46,081 nt of DNA from Octopus bimaculoides (taxonomy: Eukaryota): contig NC_068997.1 of assembly GCF_001194135.2 (NCBI RefSeq), positions 33,711,554 to 33,757,634 on the forward strand, written 5' to 3'. Below, one piece after another: positions 23,873 to 36,807 of this stretch. Under the pieces are notes generated by a model. It saw nothing but the letters and a program-made list of their open reading frames with translations. It had not been told where the DNA came from and made no database searches. A program made the position numbers and the translations under genes. Positions within the stretch are counted from its first letter, which is position 1. Each line of letters opens with the position of its first letter.

Positions 23873-24720
23873 ACATCACGTACTTTAGACCAATGGAAAA
23901 ATGAGTGATCCTAGCTGGCTGTGAATCTCTGAGAGACCTTCTACGAAGCCTTTTCATCTGGCAAGACTCCCCCATCATTTGGATCTCTTTCCTTCATTCT
24001 TATAAATCTTTAAGCTGACAGAAGTTTCAAGGTGATCTTCACAGTCGTGTCTTGTTGTTTGTATGCTATTGTGTTGCTTTGTGGTTGTGGTGTTGGTAGC
24101 AATGGGGTTTTCACCCCTTCCCGAGAACAGAAATCCTTTTGACGTTCAGTGCTATTACATGTATAGCACCTAGGCTTTTTGCTTTCTGCTGAAACTTATT
24201 TTCTCTCCATTTGTTATCTTACTGCAGTTAGGGAATGTTTAAAAACACTCAAAGGTAATTTGCACTCGAAGCTCCAGCCGGACCTCAGATCAGTTCTGGA
24301 GAGTCTTTACAACTTTATTTTTATCATCTCATTATGTTTTCGAGCAACACAGCTGTGTTGTGCAGGTTTGTATGTTGTGAGATAGTTTGAAATGTAACTT
24401 TACATAATTACCCCTGTATATTGTAGTAGGATATAATCATCTGAGGTACTTACTGTTGTTGATAAGCTCCTTGCCTCTTCTTCGCTACTGCATAATGCCA
24501 AAATTAAGCTGAATTTTTCTTTTGCGCTTGTTCAACTTGCTATATTGTTCTCCATACTTCTTCTAAGCACTTTTCTTGTCTTGCGATTAACGTACTTATA
24601 GACAATTGAGTGTTTCTGCTTTCACTCAGTATCCTCTTGCGGCAGTACAACAATACAATCACTGAATTTTTTTGAAGCTTCCTTATCCTTTAGCTCGTGG
24701 GTAACCCAGGACAACGAAAG
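23515..24720 (-). mobile_element. Second Tx1/L1-like relic (endonuclease N-terminus at 23515-23732; possible ORF1 remnants at 24250-24720)
   Basis: AIREDRISGMHTLAPFVDDYVIDASFNRPGLRGGVV resembles AISETRISNVHVLAPIFD..GGV of the 40615-41100 copy. The ORF1 part (SEEEARSLST..LLQYTG) is tentative and separated by a gap. Confidence 0.45.
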
Positions 24721-26689
24721 AAACATTTTTGCCTACACTGACAGTGCCGGATAAAGCAGCTCTCTGCGTGGAATTGGTAACTGGCTTTGCAATTATTCTA
24801 TTTGTAATGATGGTGATAGTGGCAGATGTGCAAATAATAGTAGTTGCTGCTGTTTATCTTATTTTCCTCGTTCACATTATCAATGTTCTTGGTGTTGTTG
24901 CTGTTCTTTACCTTTGTTGTAGCTGATGTTATTTTTATCATCGTCTCTACTTGTTGCGATAGTAGTGGTGGTGATGGTGGCGCCGTCGAGGTAAGTTGAG
25001 TGGGTGGAGATGGCAAATGCATACATTGTCTGCATATAACAGTGTGACTGTGCATTGACGCACGTTACGTTTAACCATACTGGAAAGTTTATTCTTTCGC
25101 TTCTTATGAGTTTAGCTGGTCACAAAGTTCATGTCTTGCTATAATACACTCCAGGGCTTCCCGGTCGGTGAGCTAGTGATCATCTATTGTTTGATGTACC
25201 TGTTTGATGGAACTGAAATCCTGTGTCAGGTGAGGATGGAAGTAGGGCATCTGGCATCTGGAATGCTGCTAGATGTTACTAGTCGAGCTACACCGCTGGT
25301 AAAACAGCAACCCCCGTTCTCTCCTGTTGATAATTTTCAGGTCTCTAAATGCATTGTTGATGTTGTTGTTGTGTGGAAGTATCGGGGTCTAAAATGTTTT
25401 CGGTCTGGTGGTGTTACCGGAAAAAAATTTCAGACATGGGAGTATGGTTGTACACTCATTTAAATATGAATTAGAATGAATGATTGAATGAAGGACTAAA
25501 TGCCTTACTGTCTTTAATTGTATATTCTTACATTCCTAATTCAAATTCCGCCAGTGTTAATGTTTTTTAATCCTCTCAGTGTGGAAGGCAGTTATCAAAG
25601 ATACGACTCGATTCGATCGGATGCATCATTCGCATACAATTTTGTGTTTTGTGCCAATAAATCTTTCTTATGTATAGTCTCCTGTATTCAATAAGAGATG
25701 TAGCGGTGTCTGTGAAATGTAATCGACCTAGTCGTGTAACAAAAACGAGCAGCCGATATCGCTCACTGAAATTTAACCTTTTCTCTAAAGAATATTAAGT
25801 TTTTTCCAAGACCTCCACAAACAGAAAAATGATTTTTCGTTTTGTTCACATCTTTCTAAATGAATTAGAGGTGTAAATCTGCACTTGAAATCATAATGTA
25901 TGCTCGACTGATTAAAACCTGCTCAATACTGAACGCCACATCGAGAGATTTTGTTTCTCATCACTCAAAATGCTCTCATACTTTTGACTGCGCAGAATGG
26001 TCTAAATGAAGCGAGGATTTGCGATCGTATATCATTAACATTTTCATTTCTAAAGTCATTTAAATGCATTTGCAAAATAAATTTACATTAACTGAAAATA
26101 GAAACCACATCGCATTTTCTACATCCAAGTATTTTACCTCTTGCATTATGTCGTTTGGCACATAACTGAATAAGAATTATTGATTTCAAGTGAGTTTTTC
26201 TCTCGCTTGGCGTCTGTTGGGGGAAGGGTAAGGATGGGTGTGGATTGATGTCTGCAGATATCAGTGATGGGCTGGCGGAGACTACAGTTTCAGGGCAGTG
26301 ATGGTGGTAGGGAGTTATATTAGTATACGGAATGATGAGATGATGGTGAAGATCGTGGGATTAATATGGGGAAGTGGATAAGTGGTAATAGTGATGATGG
26401 GAGTAGTGACAAGCATTGTGCAGTAGTGGTCCGGTGCTGATGTCAGGGCGTGGTTAGTTGCAGCTGACAAGTTGCCGGCATTTTGACGTTGCACAAACAT
26501 GGCAATGCAACACTTTAAGAGCAAAAGGTCAACTGCAAATAAAAGGTCATACACATTCATACACACATCATGTGCGCGCACGTGTGTACACACACATGCG
26601 CGCGCGTACTTTAATATATAAATGTAATTATATATATATGTGTGCATATATATATGTAGATATGCACAAATATTTATGCGTAGCTATGT

Positions 26690-26935
26690 GCATGCATAGC
26701 CAAATAGTTAATCGCTTCGCAATTATGTAGCTCGGGTTCGATCCTGCTGTGTAACAACCAGAGAAAGCGCTTTCTATCTTATCCTCGGATCGACTCATGC
26801 CTTGTGTTCGTAGAAAGTGTGACTGTCATATCGCCTGTACTAGTAAATCAAGGGGCCAGCCTTGACATATTATGCCACTTTAATCTTGATTATGTGCATT
26901 AAAGCTACAAGCGTCCTTGGAAGACTCTGTCAGCA
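26690..26935 (+). mobile_element. Highly decayed tRNA-headed SINE
   Basis: A-box-like TAGCCAAATAGTTA, B-box CGGGTTCGATCC, followed by CCTCGGATCGACTCATGCCTTGTG, similar to the family-B body. Confidence 0.45.
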
Positions 26936-29839
26936 GAAGCTAAACACCAAATCCATTCTTGTTCTGTACCCGTTTATTTAGAAGTATTTTACCATCAAGG
27001 TAGAATATATTCATACAAAGCATACAGACATCATCTAAGACAATGAGTTAAAATGAGAACACGCAAACACACATACACATACAGTCACACACACATACAC
27101 ACACAAATGCACAATGTATGCGTGCATGCAACTGATTAAATATAGTATCAGATGACTGATGAGTTAAGATTTAATGGAATTAATTAGCATTTGCCACAGA
27201 CAGACTCGGCAAACGGTTAGCGATACGAGTATGTTTTCAAGCAGGAAGACTTTATAATTATAGGAATAGAAAAATGATGTTGTAAAGTCCATTATTTTAC
27301 TGTTTAGTTTGGGATGGAAGGGCAACGACGTCTGAGTTGAGTATGAAGAAGAGAGGAAGTTAAAATCAAACCGGAGGTCTGGTTCGAATACTCATAACAG
27401 AGTGAACTTTGCGAAAGCTATCCAAGAACCAGATTTCTGAAGTGTATAACTGAAACGCAATGAAAAGCTTTCGACCAGAAGCGAAAACTAGATCGCATTC
27501 CAATTTGAGCTCCAATAAATAATGCTCAAGTTTTCTGCCGTAAATATTTATGGAACAGTTATGATATCTTTGATATCTCCTTTGATTAACATGTTTTGTC
27601 ATTAAAAGGAATTGACAAATTAGTAAATGATACAGGTTACAAGCCCAATATAGAAGTCTGATATGTTTATGTACACATCTTCTAAGCATGTTTGTGTAGA
27701 TGCATACTGTGGTGATTAATTTAAAAAGCGCTGAAATATGAGCAAAAAATTGTCAACATAAAGTAGCAAACACAGGAGTTCAGTTTGAAATTCCTGGGTC
27801 ACAAAATTGTCAATCATTGAGTTATCGATGTATTCAAACACTCACATATAAAATGATATTGATATTCAGGATTATACTTAATATGCGGCTTAATCATTCA
27901 TATACTTTGGGAAGAGTTTAATTTTTCTAGTTTTTGAATGATTTAATCTGTAAGTACATTCACTGAACTTTATTAACCTCGCACTCTTGCATCTACTAGT
28001 TCGGAATTATGTTAATTTACAACTGTGTTCATTTGCAGAGCAGGTAGAAGTTCACTGACACTTTAATTAGTTTTAAAGGTACACAAAATATGATATATTG
28101 ATATAACAGTGTTGAGAAGTAATACTACATTGCGAATATCTCAGCAGATTTGAACCTATACAAAGGATGGAATAACTTTAAAATTACATGGATAACATCC
28201 CATGCAGTTGTATAAAGATTAGAATGAGAAAATTCGACCATTCCTCAACATTAGACTCACAGAACATGGGAAAGCTCTAAACCAAAGTCAAGAATAGCTG
28301 AGCCTGTACGGTTTGAAATCGAAATTATGACTTTATTGACAAAATTTCTATTACTTGGAAACCACGGTAGAGATTCAATACTTATAGCATTAACAGAGAA
28401 GCCAAAATTAACTTTAACATGACCACCGTTATTGAAAATGAGTTTAAATACATCTAATGAGTATTAACAGTCAAAGATTCATACATATATATATTATCTG
28501 AAAATGGTCGTCGAAATGGCTTCTTTAGTGAGAAATATTCAAGGACACTATCAAACTCTGACACTTCTACATGATAGGTTAAAACATTGAATGAGAAAGT
28601 TAAGAAGATCAAAACTCTATAAATCCCTAAAAAAATCTCTAAAATTTAGAAAGGAGGAGTCTGATGTAATAAAATGTAATGTATTTCATAAAACAAAATT
28701 AACCATTTAAATATAAACAATTGCACTTCAGTGCACACACTATAAGCTTAGCTGATAGATCTACAAACACCTGTCAATCGAAAATACCTACTGAAAATGT
28801 TTGTCAGAAGAATAATGTTTTTCATTCAAGTTTGTTAAAAGAGATAGCAAGAAATACCACCATATCTTCTTGCCCCATTTCCCACTCAATTTTCTATTTC
28901 TGCCGCTCTCATAACACATCGACAGCAGGATTTAAATCGCTTGCCTAGATGACTAAAGCATGCTGATTTTGAGAAGCACTCCAACAGATAAAAATCTCCA
29001 TTTGTAACCTTTTTTTTTAAATTTCAATGCAACATTGCAGAATTTCTACAAAATCCAGTCTACCTGTCTCATCTCTAAATGTAAGTGAAAATTCTATTTC
29101 TTCCAAAAAAGTGACCGATCATTCTCAAACAAGGTTCTATCTTCACCAAACTCCTTAAACCTCCTTTCTGCCGTGGTATTTTCTCAAATATCTGGTACTA
29201 TGCCCATTCCTATGGACGGTAATCTCTCAGACTTTGCCGCTTACCGATCCATCTTTCTAATCTGAAAGTGATGGAAACATTCAAAGATAAAACCCACTGT
29301 TTTATCAATTTCGGTCCGTTTCGCTTATCAGTGAGTCAATATAGTTTCCTTAGATCCAGACCAATCGAATATTGTCTCTTCTTACGTCCCACACGGGTGG
29401 TCTCCCTACCTTGATAACTTCAGTGAAAACAATATTGTTAGCATTAACATCAGCAATGTCTTCGATTACATTTGGTATGAGTAACTCTTAGATAAGTAGT
29501 CATTGCAATTTATTGTTCCTGAAGAACACCGAATCACAGTCACTACATTTATCGAAGAAACTCACATTATATCTTTTCGATGCATTAACCTTCACTGTTT
29601 ATATAGTGACAAAAGCACTTCATTTTTAGTCAAATTTGAACGTCGCTCTATAAATTAGGATCAAACTTTTACTCCCAGAACACTTCAATCCTTTATTTCT
29701 TTTTTCTCTAATCACGTTTCACTTCAGACATCAACGTGAAGCAGTTCAAAATGAACGCTAACATCGTCGATCTTATTAGAGAAAGCTTGCGAAGGAGATA
29801 GAATTAGTGTCTTTTCGCCTGAAACCAAATATTTATGCA

Positions 29840-29873
29840 CACATACACCAAACACACACATGCACGCACGCAT

Positions 29874-29906
<33 letters not shown>

Positions 29907-29912
29907 CACATG

Positions 29913-29977
<65 letters not shown>
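29840..29977. repeat. (CA)n/(TA)n compound microsatellite
   Basis: Direct sequence. Confidence 0.95.
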
Positions 29978-30269
29978 TTACAAACATATGTGTACAATTG
30001 ATTTTACAAAGGTAGAGTGTAAAAGTTAACTTATAGTGTTTATATCACTTTGTGCAGTAACAAAAAGTGCCATCAATATTGTGTTGTTGTCGCTGTCGTC
30101 AGTGGCTGTTTCTTATGATCGAGAAGTTTAACTTTTCCTCGTTGAAGGAAATAACAGTAAAAAATGGCACTAGTGTGGATTTGATAAGGGTGGATCTTCA
30201 CTTGCCACAAATGATCCACAGACTTTACTTTAAGAACCATTCTCTCTCTGGCACATATAAGAAGCAGTG

Positions 30270-30567
30270 TCAATTGTTGGAACTGTCCCGGAATCCCACT
30301 GACACAGTTATTACCTCGAGGGTCACCGTCTTAGGCAATATGCTTGGTGGCGACCTCCTCCGGCGGTTCAAGTGTTATTTACATCAATCATTGATGTTTG
30401 TTTTTTCATCCGCATGCTGTATCGTTGAAGTTTTGAAGAGGGGTTGGTCGCATCCAATCTAGGTCTTCTTTTTTCTACTTTATTGGCATGGGTGGCCCCA
30501 ACAGCATCGCTCTCAGTGTCATTGGACAACACAAGCCCTATACCACAAGGAACGACAATCAGTACCG
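30270..30567 (-). mobile_element. Probable 5' UTR fragment of an RTE-clade LINE
   Basis: Minus strand TTGTCGTTCCTTGTGGTATAGGGCTTGTGTTGTCCAATGACACTGAGAGCGATGCTG..GGCCACCCATGCCA resembles the recalled RTE/Expander 5' UTR motif (CTTGTCGTGGTGGAGGGGCTTG..CAATGACCCTGAGAGCTATG). No ORF motif was confirmed. Confidence 0.4.
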
Positions 30568-30568
<1 letters not shown>

Positions 30569-30611
<43 letters not shown>

Positions 30612-30633
30612 AATAATGATAATAATAATAATG

Positions 30634-30675
<42 letters not shown>
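30569..30675. repeat. (TA)n + (TAA)n microsatellite running into a gap
   Basis: Direct sequence. Confidence 0.95.
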
Positions 30676-31583
30676 NNNNNNNNNNNNNNNNNNNNNNNNN
30701 NNNNNNNNNNNNNNNNNNNNNNNNNNNNNNNNNNNNNNNNNNNNNNNNNNNNNNNNNNNNNNNNNNNNNNNNNNNNNNNNNNNNNNNNNNNNNNNNNNNN
30801 NNNNNNNNNNNNNNNNNNNNNNNNNNNNNNNNNNNNNNNNNNNNNNNNNNNNNNNNNNNNNNNNNNNNNNNNNNNNNNNNNNNNNNNNNNNNNNNNNNNN
30901 NNNNNNNNNNNNNNNNNNNNNNNNNNNNNNNNNNNNNNNNNNNNNNNNNNNNNNNNNNNNNNNNNNNNNNNNNNNNNNNNNNNNNNNNNNNNNNNNNNNN
31001 NNNNNNNNNNNNNNNNNNNNNNNNNNNNNNNNNNNNNNNNNNNNNNNNNNNNNNNNNNNNNNNNNNNNNNNNNNNNNNNNNNNNNNNNNNNNNNNNNNNN
31101 NNNNNNNNNNNNNNNNNNNNNNNNNNNNNNNNNNNNNNNNNNNNNNNNNNNNNNNNNNNNNNNNNNNNNNNNNNNNNNNNNNNNNNNNNNNNNNNNNNNN
31201 NNNNNNNNNNNNNNNNNNNNNNNNNNNNNNNNNNNNNNNNNNNNNNNNNNNNNNNNNNNNNNNNNNNNNNNNNNNNNNNNNNNNNNNNNNNNNNNNNNNN
31301 NNNNNNNNNNNNNNNNNNNNNNNNNNNNNNNNNNNNNNNNNNNNNNNNNNNNNNNNNNNNNNNNNNNNNNNNNNNNNNNNNNNNNNNNNNNNNNNNNNNN
31401 NNNNNNNNNNNNNNNNNNNNNNNNNNNNNNNNNNNNNNNNNNNNNNNNNNNNNNNNNNNNNNNNNNNNNNNNNNNNNNNNNNNNNNNNNNNNNNNNNNNN
31501 NNNNNNNNNNNNNNNNNNNNNNNNNNNNNNNNNNNNNNNNNNNNNNNNNNNNNNNNNNNNNNNNNATATATATATATATATAA

Positions 31584-31770
31584 GTGGGGCTGTGTGGTGA
31601 GAACCTTGTTTCCCAACCACATGGTTTCAGGTTCAGTTCCACTGCGCGGCACAGACGGATAGAATAAATACAAGGCTTAAAAAATATGAAAATAAGTCGA
31701 TTTGTTCGACTGTAACCCTTCAAGCATGGCCGCAGTGAAATGACTGAAACAAGTAAAACATAACAAAAGA
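31584..31770 (+). mobile_element. Family-B SINE with a large internal deletion (head fused to tail)
   Basis: GGCTGTGTGG..CCAACCACATGGTTTCAGGTTCAGTTCCACTGCGCGGCAC joined directly to AGACGGATAGAATAAATAC..AGCATGGCCGCAGTGAAATGACTGAAACAAGT. Confidence 0.85.
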
Positions 31771-32976
31771 TAATAGGTCCACGCATGCATACATATATAT
31801 TTATGTGTGTGCGGACGTGCGCTCAAGTGCAATATATGGACTGGTTTACAATTAAAAAAATATTAACCTCTAATTTGTTTATTAATTCGTGAAGTTAAAT
31901 CTCATGGAAAAGAATAGATTTAAACTGACTTGTTAATGCTTATAGGATTAACAGATTATCTATGAAATATGCCGGATACTTTTGGACGTTGAAAGCATAA
32001 AAATTCGAGAATGACCACTACAACAGTATAGTGTAGCTTCATCAAATGGTAGATTGTTTATGTGCTTTGGGTATTTAACCACTATAGTGGGAGGTGGTGG
32101 CGGAGCTGTACTGTTTATGTATATAAGAAAGTTTCTTGTCAGGCTTATGGTAAATTTTATGAGTGAGAGTTTAGATTTTAAAAAATCGATTCCAGGCGTG
32201 TTATCAAGACCTGCCTGGAAAATATCGCCATGTTTGAAACTATTAGTAGCTCATAACTATACACTGTGTACTTTAAACAATATTCATCTTTCACCGAATG
32301 GAGTAAATTTTTTGTTGATCTTATCTTAACGGAAAAGTAAACTATACATACATACACACACACACACACNNNNNNNNNNNNNNNNNNNNNNNNNNNNNNN
32401 NNNNNNNNNNNNNNNNNNNNNNNNNNNNNNNNNNNNNNNNNNNNNNNNNNNNNNNNNNNNNNNNNNNNNNNNNNNNNNNNNNNNNNNNNNNNNNNNNNNN
32501 NNNNNNNNNNNNNNNNNNNNNNNNNNNNNNNNNNNNNNNNNNNNNNNNNNNNNNNNNNNNNNNNNNNNNNNNNNNNNNNNNNNNNNNNNNNNNNNNNNNN
32601 NNNNNNNNNNNNNNNNNNNNNNNNNNNNNNNNNNNNNNNNNNNNNNNNNNNNNNNNNNNNNNNNNNNNNNNNNNNNNNNNNNNNNNNNNNNNNNNNNNNN
32701 NNNNNNNNNNNNNNNNNNNNNNNNNNNNNNNNNNNNNNNNNNNNNNNNNNNNNNNNNNNNNNNNNNNNNNNNNNNNNNNNNNNNNNNNNNNNNNNNNNNN
32801 NNNNNNNNNNNNNNNNNNNNNNNNNNNNNNNNNNNNNNNNNNNNNNNNNNNNNNNNNNNNNNNNNNNNNNNNNNNNNNNNNNNNNNNNNNNNNNNNNNNN
32901 NNNNNNNNNNNNNNNNNNNNNNNNNNNNNNNNNNNNNNNNNNNNNNNNNNNNNNNNNNNNNNNNNNNNNNNNNNNN

Positions 32977-33029
<53 letters not shown>

Positions 33030-33449
33030 ATTTTCTCGCTCTTCTTCCTAATCTCATCTTCCTCGCTTTGACGTCAATAGTATTTCGTTTGTGTTCATCT
33101 TCCAAAGCGGGAGTCGACCATTTTCGACGCGGTGCTGTTGCCACAATTTAATGTTGCATTGGCCTTTCTCCATCTACTGAGGCATTTTCGTTCGCTTTTT
33201 TCCCTTAATTAGGAAAATGGTGTAAGGATTGGAATACCATCAACACAAACGAGCACGGAAACGTTGATAGGACTCCGAGAAAAGTTCTCCCTTGCTCCTT
33301 AAGTATTGCAGATGGTGGGCACGTACTACTTTGCGTGTAGCGAATTATGTAACCTCGGGTTTTTCAGGATCATCCCGAAGGAGGTAGAAAAGATTCTACG
33401 CAAAATCTATGTTAGGAAAGACTTGAGGGACTACATATTAAATCATTAA

Positions 33450-33724
33450 AGAATGTAGTTGTGAAAGGCCGGAACAATGTGAGAAGGTACAAAGTAAACT
33501 ACAAAAAGAAAAGAAAATAGAACAAAGTTGCAGTTGTATTTCTATATTTCGGAAAAGCGCTAACTGGAAAAAGATGTTGCTCTGCGCAAATGACCTTTTC
33601 CAGTTACCACATTCCAACTACTGAAATATTAATAATAAAACTGCAACTTTGTCTTGTTTTCTTTTCCTTTTATAGTTTACTTTGTACCTTCTCGCATTGT
33701 TCCGGATTTACACAACTACATTCT
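33450..33724. mobile_element. ~275-bp almost fully palindromic fold-back element (MITE-like)
   Basis: GAATGTAGTTGTG..CCGGAACAATGtGAGAAGGTACAAAGTAAACTA..CAAAGTTGCAGTT mirrored by AACTGCAACTTTG..TAGTTTACTTTGTACCTTCTCgCATTGTTCCGG..CACAACTACATTC. Confidence 0.85.
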
Positions 33725-34375
33725 CAGAATGCTTCACCGAAACTACCTTGTTTTAATATTAAATTATATTGACTGAGAAAGGAGACACTTTCATACTAAT
33801 GACGATTTCTTAAACAAGTGAAGGTGAAGCGTAAGAGAAACAAGAACTATATGTGTGAGTACGCATATACACACACATACACATATGTGCACATGTGTGT
33901 GTGTGTACGAGGCATACACACAAAGTACATAAATATGCACAATATACACGAGTGGAGGCAGGAGTAATCGTCGTCAAATGGTTGCGAAGCTACTGTCAAA
34001 TTTAATTTGCAAACCAAGTTCAATCTCTGTTGTAGAAACATCCCTTAAACTGCAAATATTCGTAGGAGTAATTGACATAATAATTAAATCAAATTGATAT
34101 GGATATCACAATTTGTGTTTGTGTTAGTCTAATGTGAATAGGTTTAACCCTTCGTTAACAAATTTGGTGTCTCCATTAAAGTCCAGCAATTTAGTAGGTA
34201 GTGTATGAATAAATACACGAATTCTCTTACGGTTCATCTGTTTAAGAAATGCTCATCATGACTATGAAAGCAATTTCTCGCTTGTGTTATTGGTGCTTCA
34301 CATCTTACAGAGCGAGCGAATTTGTCAAACTCCAAAGGAAGTTGGTGACAGCAAGTCCTTTAGAAATTTATACAG

Positions 34376-34409
<34 letters not shown>

Positions 34410-34934
34410 NNNNNNNNNNNNNNNNNNNNNNNNNNNNNNNNNNNNNNNNNNNNNNNNNNNNNNNNNNNNNNNNNNNNNNNNNNNNNNNNNNNNNNNNNNN
34501 NNNNNNNNNNNNNNNNNNNNNNNNNNNNNNNNNNNNNNNNNNNNNNNNNNNNNNNNNNNNNNNNNNNNNNNNNNNNNNNNNNNNNNNNNNNNNNNNNNNN
34601 NNNNNNNNNNNNNNNNNNNNNNNNNNNNNNNNNNNNNNNNNNNNNNNNNNNNNNNNNNNNNNNNNNNNNNNNNNNNNNNNNNNNNNNNNNNNNNNNNNNN
34701 NNNNNNNNNNNNNNNNNNNNNNNNNNNNNNNNNNNNNNNNNNNNNNNNNNNNNNNNNNNNNNNNNNNNNNNNNNNNNNNNNNNNNNNNNNNNNNNNNNNN
34801 NNNNNNNNNNNNNNNNNNNNNNNNNNNNNNNNNNNNNNNNNNNNNNNNNNNNNNNNNNNNNNNNNNNNNNNNNNNNNNNNNNNNNNNNNNNNNNNNNNNN
34901 NNNNNNNNNNNNNNNNNNNNNNNNNNNNNNNNNN

Positions 34935-34990
<56 letters not shown>

Positions 34991-35208
34991 TGTCTGTGTA
35001 TGTGTGTGTGTGTGTGTGTGTTTGTGTGTGTATTTCTTCAGATGCCTCTATACACATACGCACACACGTACACACACACATACACACACACTCACACGAG
35101 CATATATGTATGCCGTACATAAAAGAAAATCCCCATTGAATTGCAGACAAATCCTGGTGATTATGCGACTAATGATAAATTGTGAAAGCTTCCTCTTACT
35201 TTCACCAG

Positions 35209-35266
35209 GTAACGGGACATGAACTGAGCGCACCAAGCCAAGAATAATTATGTTATCTTTCTGCAG
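35209..35266 (+). other. Candidate 58-nt exon bounded by two AG|GT junctions
   Basis: Branch-like GACTAAT at 35167; TTCCTCTTACTTTCACCAG|GTAACG...TTATCTTTCTGCAG|GTAAGC. Stops occur in all three frames. Confidence 0.3.
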
Positions 35267-36059
35267 GTAAGCACACTGGGTTGTGGCGGGGTAGTGGATA
35301 TGAACCAGCAATCTTTCAACTTGTGCTCCAATATCTATCTAGAAGACTCGATTTTTAGTTTTACAGGTTTCGATTTGAATTCATTGCGAAATTTTCTATT
35401 TGCTGAGTAAATTATTTTAGATAATTACGTCACTTCTGTTTGGTTCTTCCAGAGCCTTTGAAATATCGACTATGGGAGAAAAAATATGAAAAGTCAACAT
35501 GACATTTTACAATAAATGGAAACTATTTTTTTTTAAAAGGTAGTAGTGGTGATGGTGATGGTGGTAGGGGTGTGAAAAAAGATATTGGGAAACATTTAAA
35601 ATAATCTCTTAGAACATTAACCAATCAATCTATCAATCTATTTATCAATCTACCGTTTATTTAATTAGTTAATATTTAATTAATTTACTTTAATGCGACG
35701 ACTTTGATCAAGTTACACGAGAGATTAGCTGTAAATTTCATCTTAGGATTAATAAATTATGGTTAAGAATCCTTTCCAAACAATAATAGCAAGAAAAGAA
35801 TAAGAGAAACTCCTCTCTCCCTCCTTTCTAGCTCTAGTAGATGCAACACCAAAAGAAGCACCTCACTATAATAACCATAATAACAATTAATATGATACCT
35901 TATCTCTCCACCACCAACGATAGTGCCCTTCCTAGCTTTATTGCCATTGTCAAATCAAGAACATCAACATCACATTTCATCACTGTCACCATGATGCTAC
36001 CACCAACACCATCAGCACAACCAGCTGCACTGTACCAGCAGCATCAGCGCCATCAGCAG

Positions 36060-36091
36060 CTGCACCATAAATCACCATCATCATCATCATC

Positions 36092-36157
<66 letters not shown>

Positions 36158-36200
36158 AGCAGAAGCAGAGGCAGCAGCGGCAGCAGCAGCAGAGGCAGCA
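36060..36200. repeat. (CAT)n/(CAG)n trinucleotide repeat within low-complexity sequence (also (CAT)n at 36755-36830)
   Basis: Direct sequence. Confidence 0.95.
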
Positions 36201-36753
36201 ACCGCACCACCACCAACACCATCATCACTACTGCCACTGCCGCCACCATCACCACCATCGCCACACATGCCATCACTTCCATCTTCAACTCCAACACTGA
36301 CACGACAATTACTATCGCCAACACCACCACGACCACCACTTCGAACATATAATCAAAGACCTCTGCAACTAGTAGTTACACCTCCCAACATCATGCCATA
36401 CCAATAATCACATACCCACTTCACCACCNNNNNNNNNNNNNNNNNNNNNNNNNNNNNNNNNNNNNNNNNNNNNNNNNNNNNNNNNNNNNNNNNNNNNNNN
36501 NNNNNNNNNNNNNNNNNNNNNNNNNNNNNNNNNNNNNNNNNNNNNNNNNNNNNNNNNNNNNNNNNNNNNNNNNNNNNNNNNNNNNNNNNNNNNNNNNNNN
36601 NNNNNNNNNNNNNNNNNNNNNNNNNNNNNNNNNNNNNNNNNNNNNNNNNNNNNNNNNNNNNNNNNNNNNNNNNNNNNNNNNNNNNNNNNNNNNNNNNNNN
36701 NNNNNNNNNNNNNNNNNNNNNNNNNNNNNNCCAGCACCACTAGCACCACCACT

Positions 36754-36807
<54 letters not shown>

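Noticed and set aside
24923-24990. Possible 68-nt exon (TTGTAG|...GAG|GTAAGT)
   Set aside because: Lies in low-complexity (GTT/GGT)-rich sequence where open frames and splice-like motifs arise easily.
35841-36407. 188-aa Ser/Ala/Pro/His-rich ORF resembling a transcription-factor low-complexity region
   Set aside because: Built from (CAT)n, (CAG)n and (CAC)n repeats, with similar ORFs on the opposite strand; no domain and no convincing splice sites.
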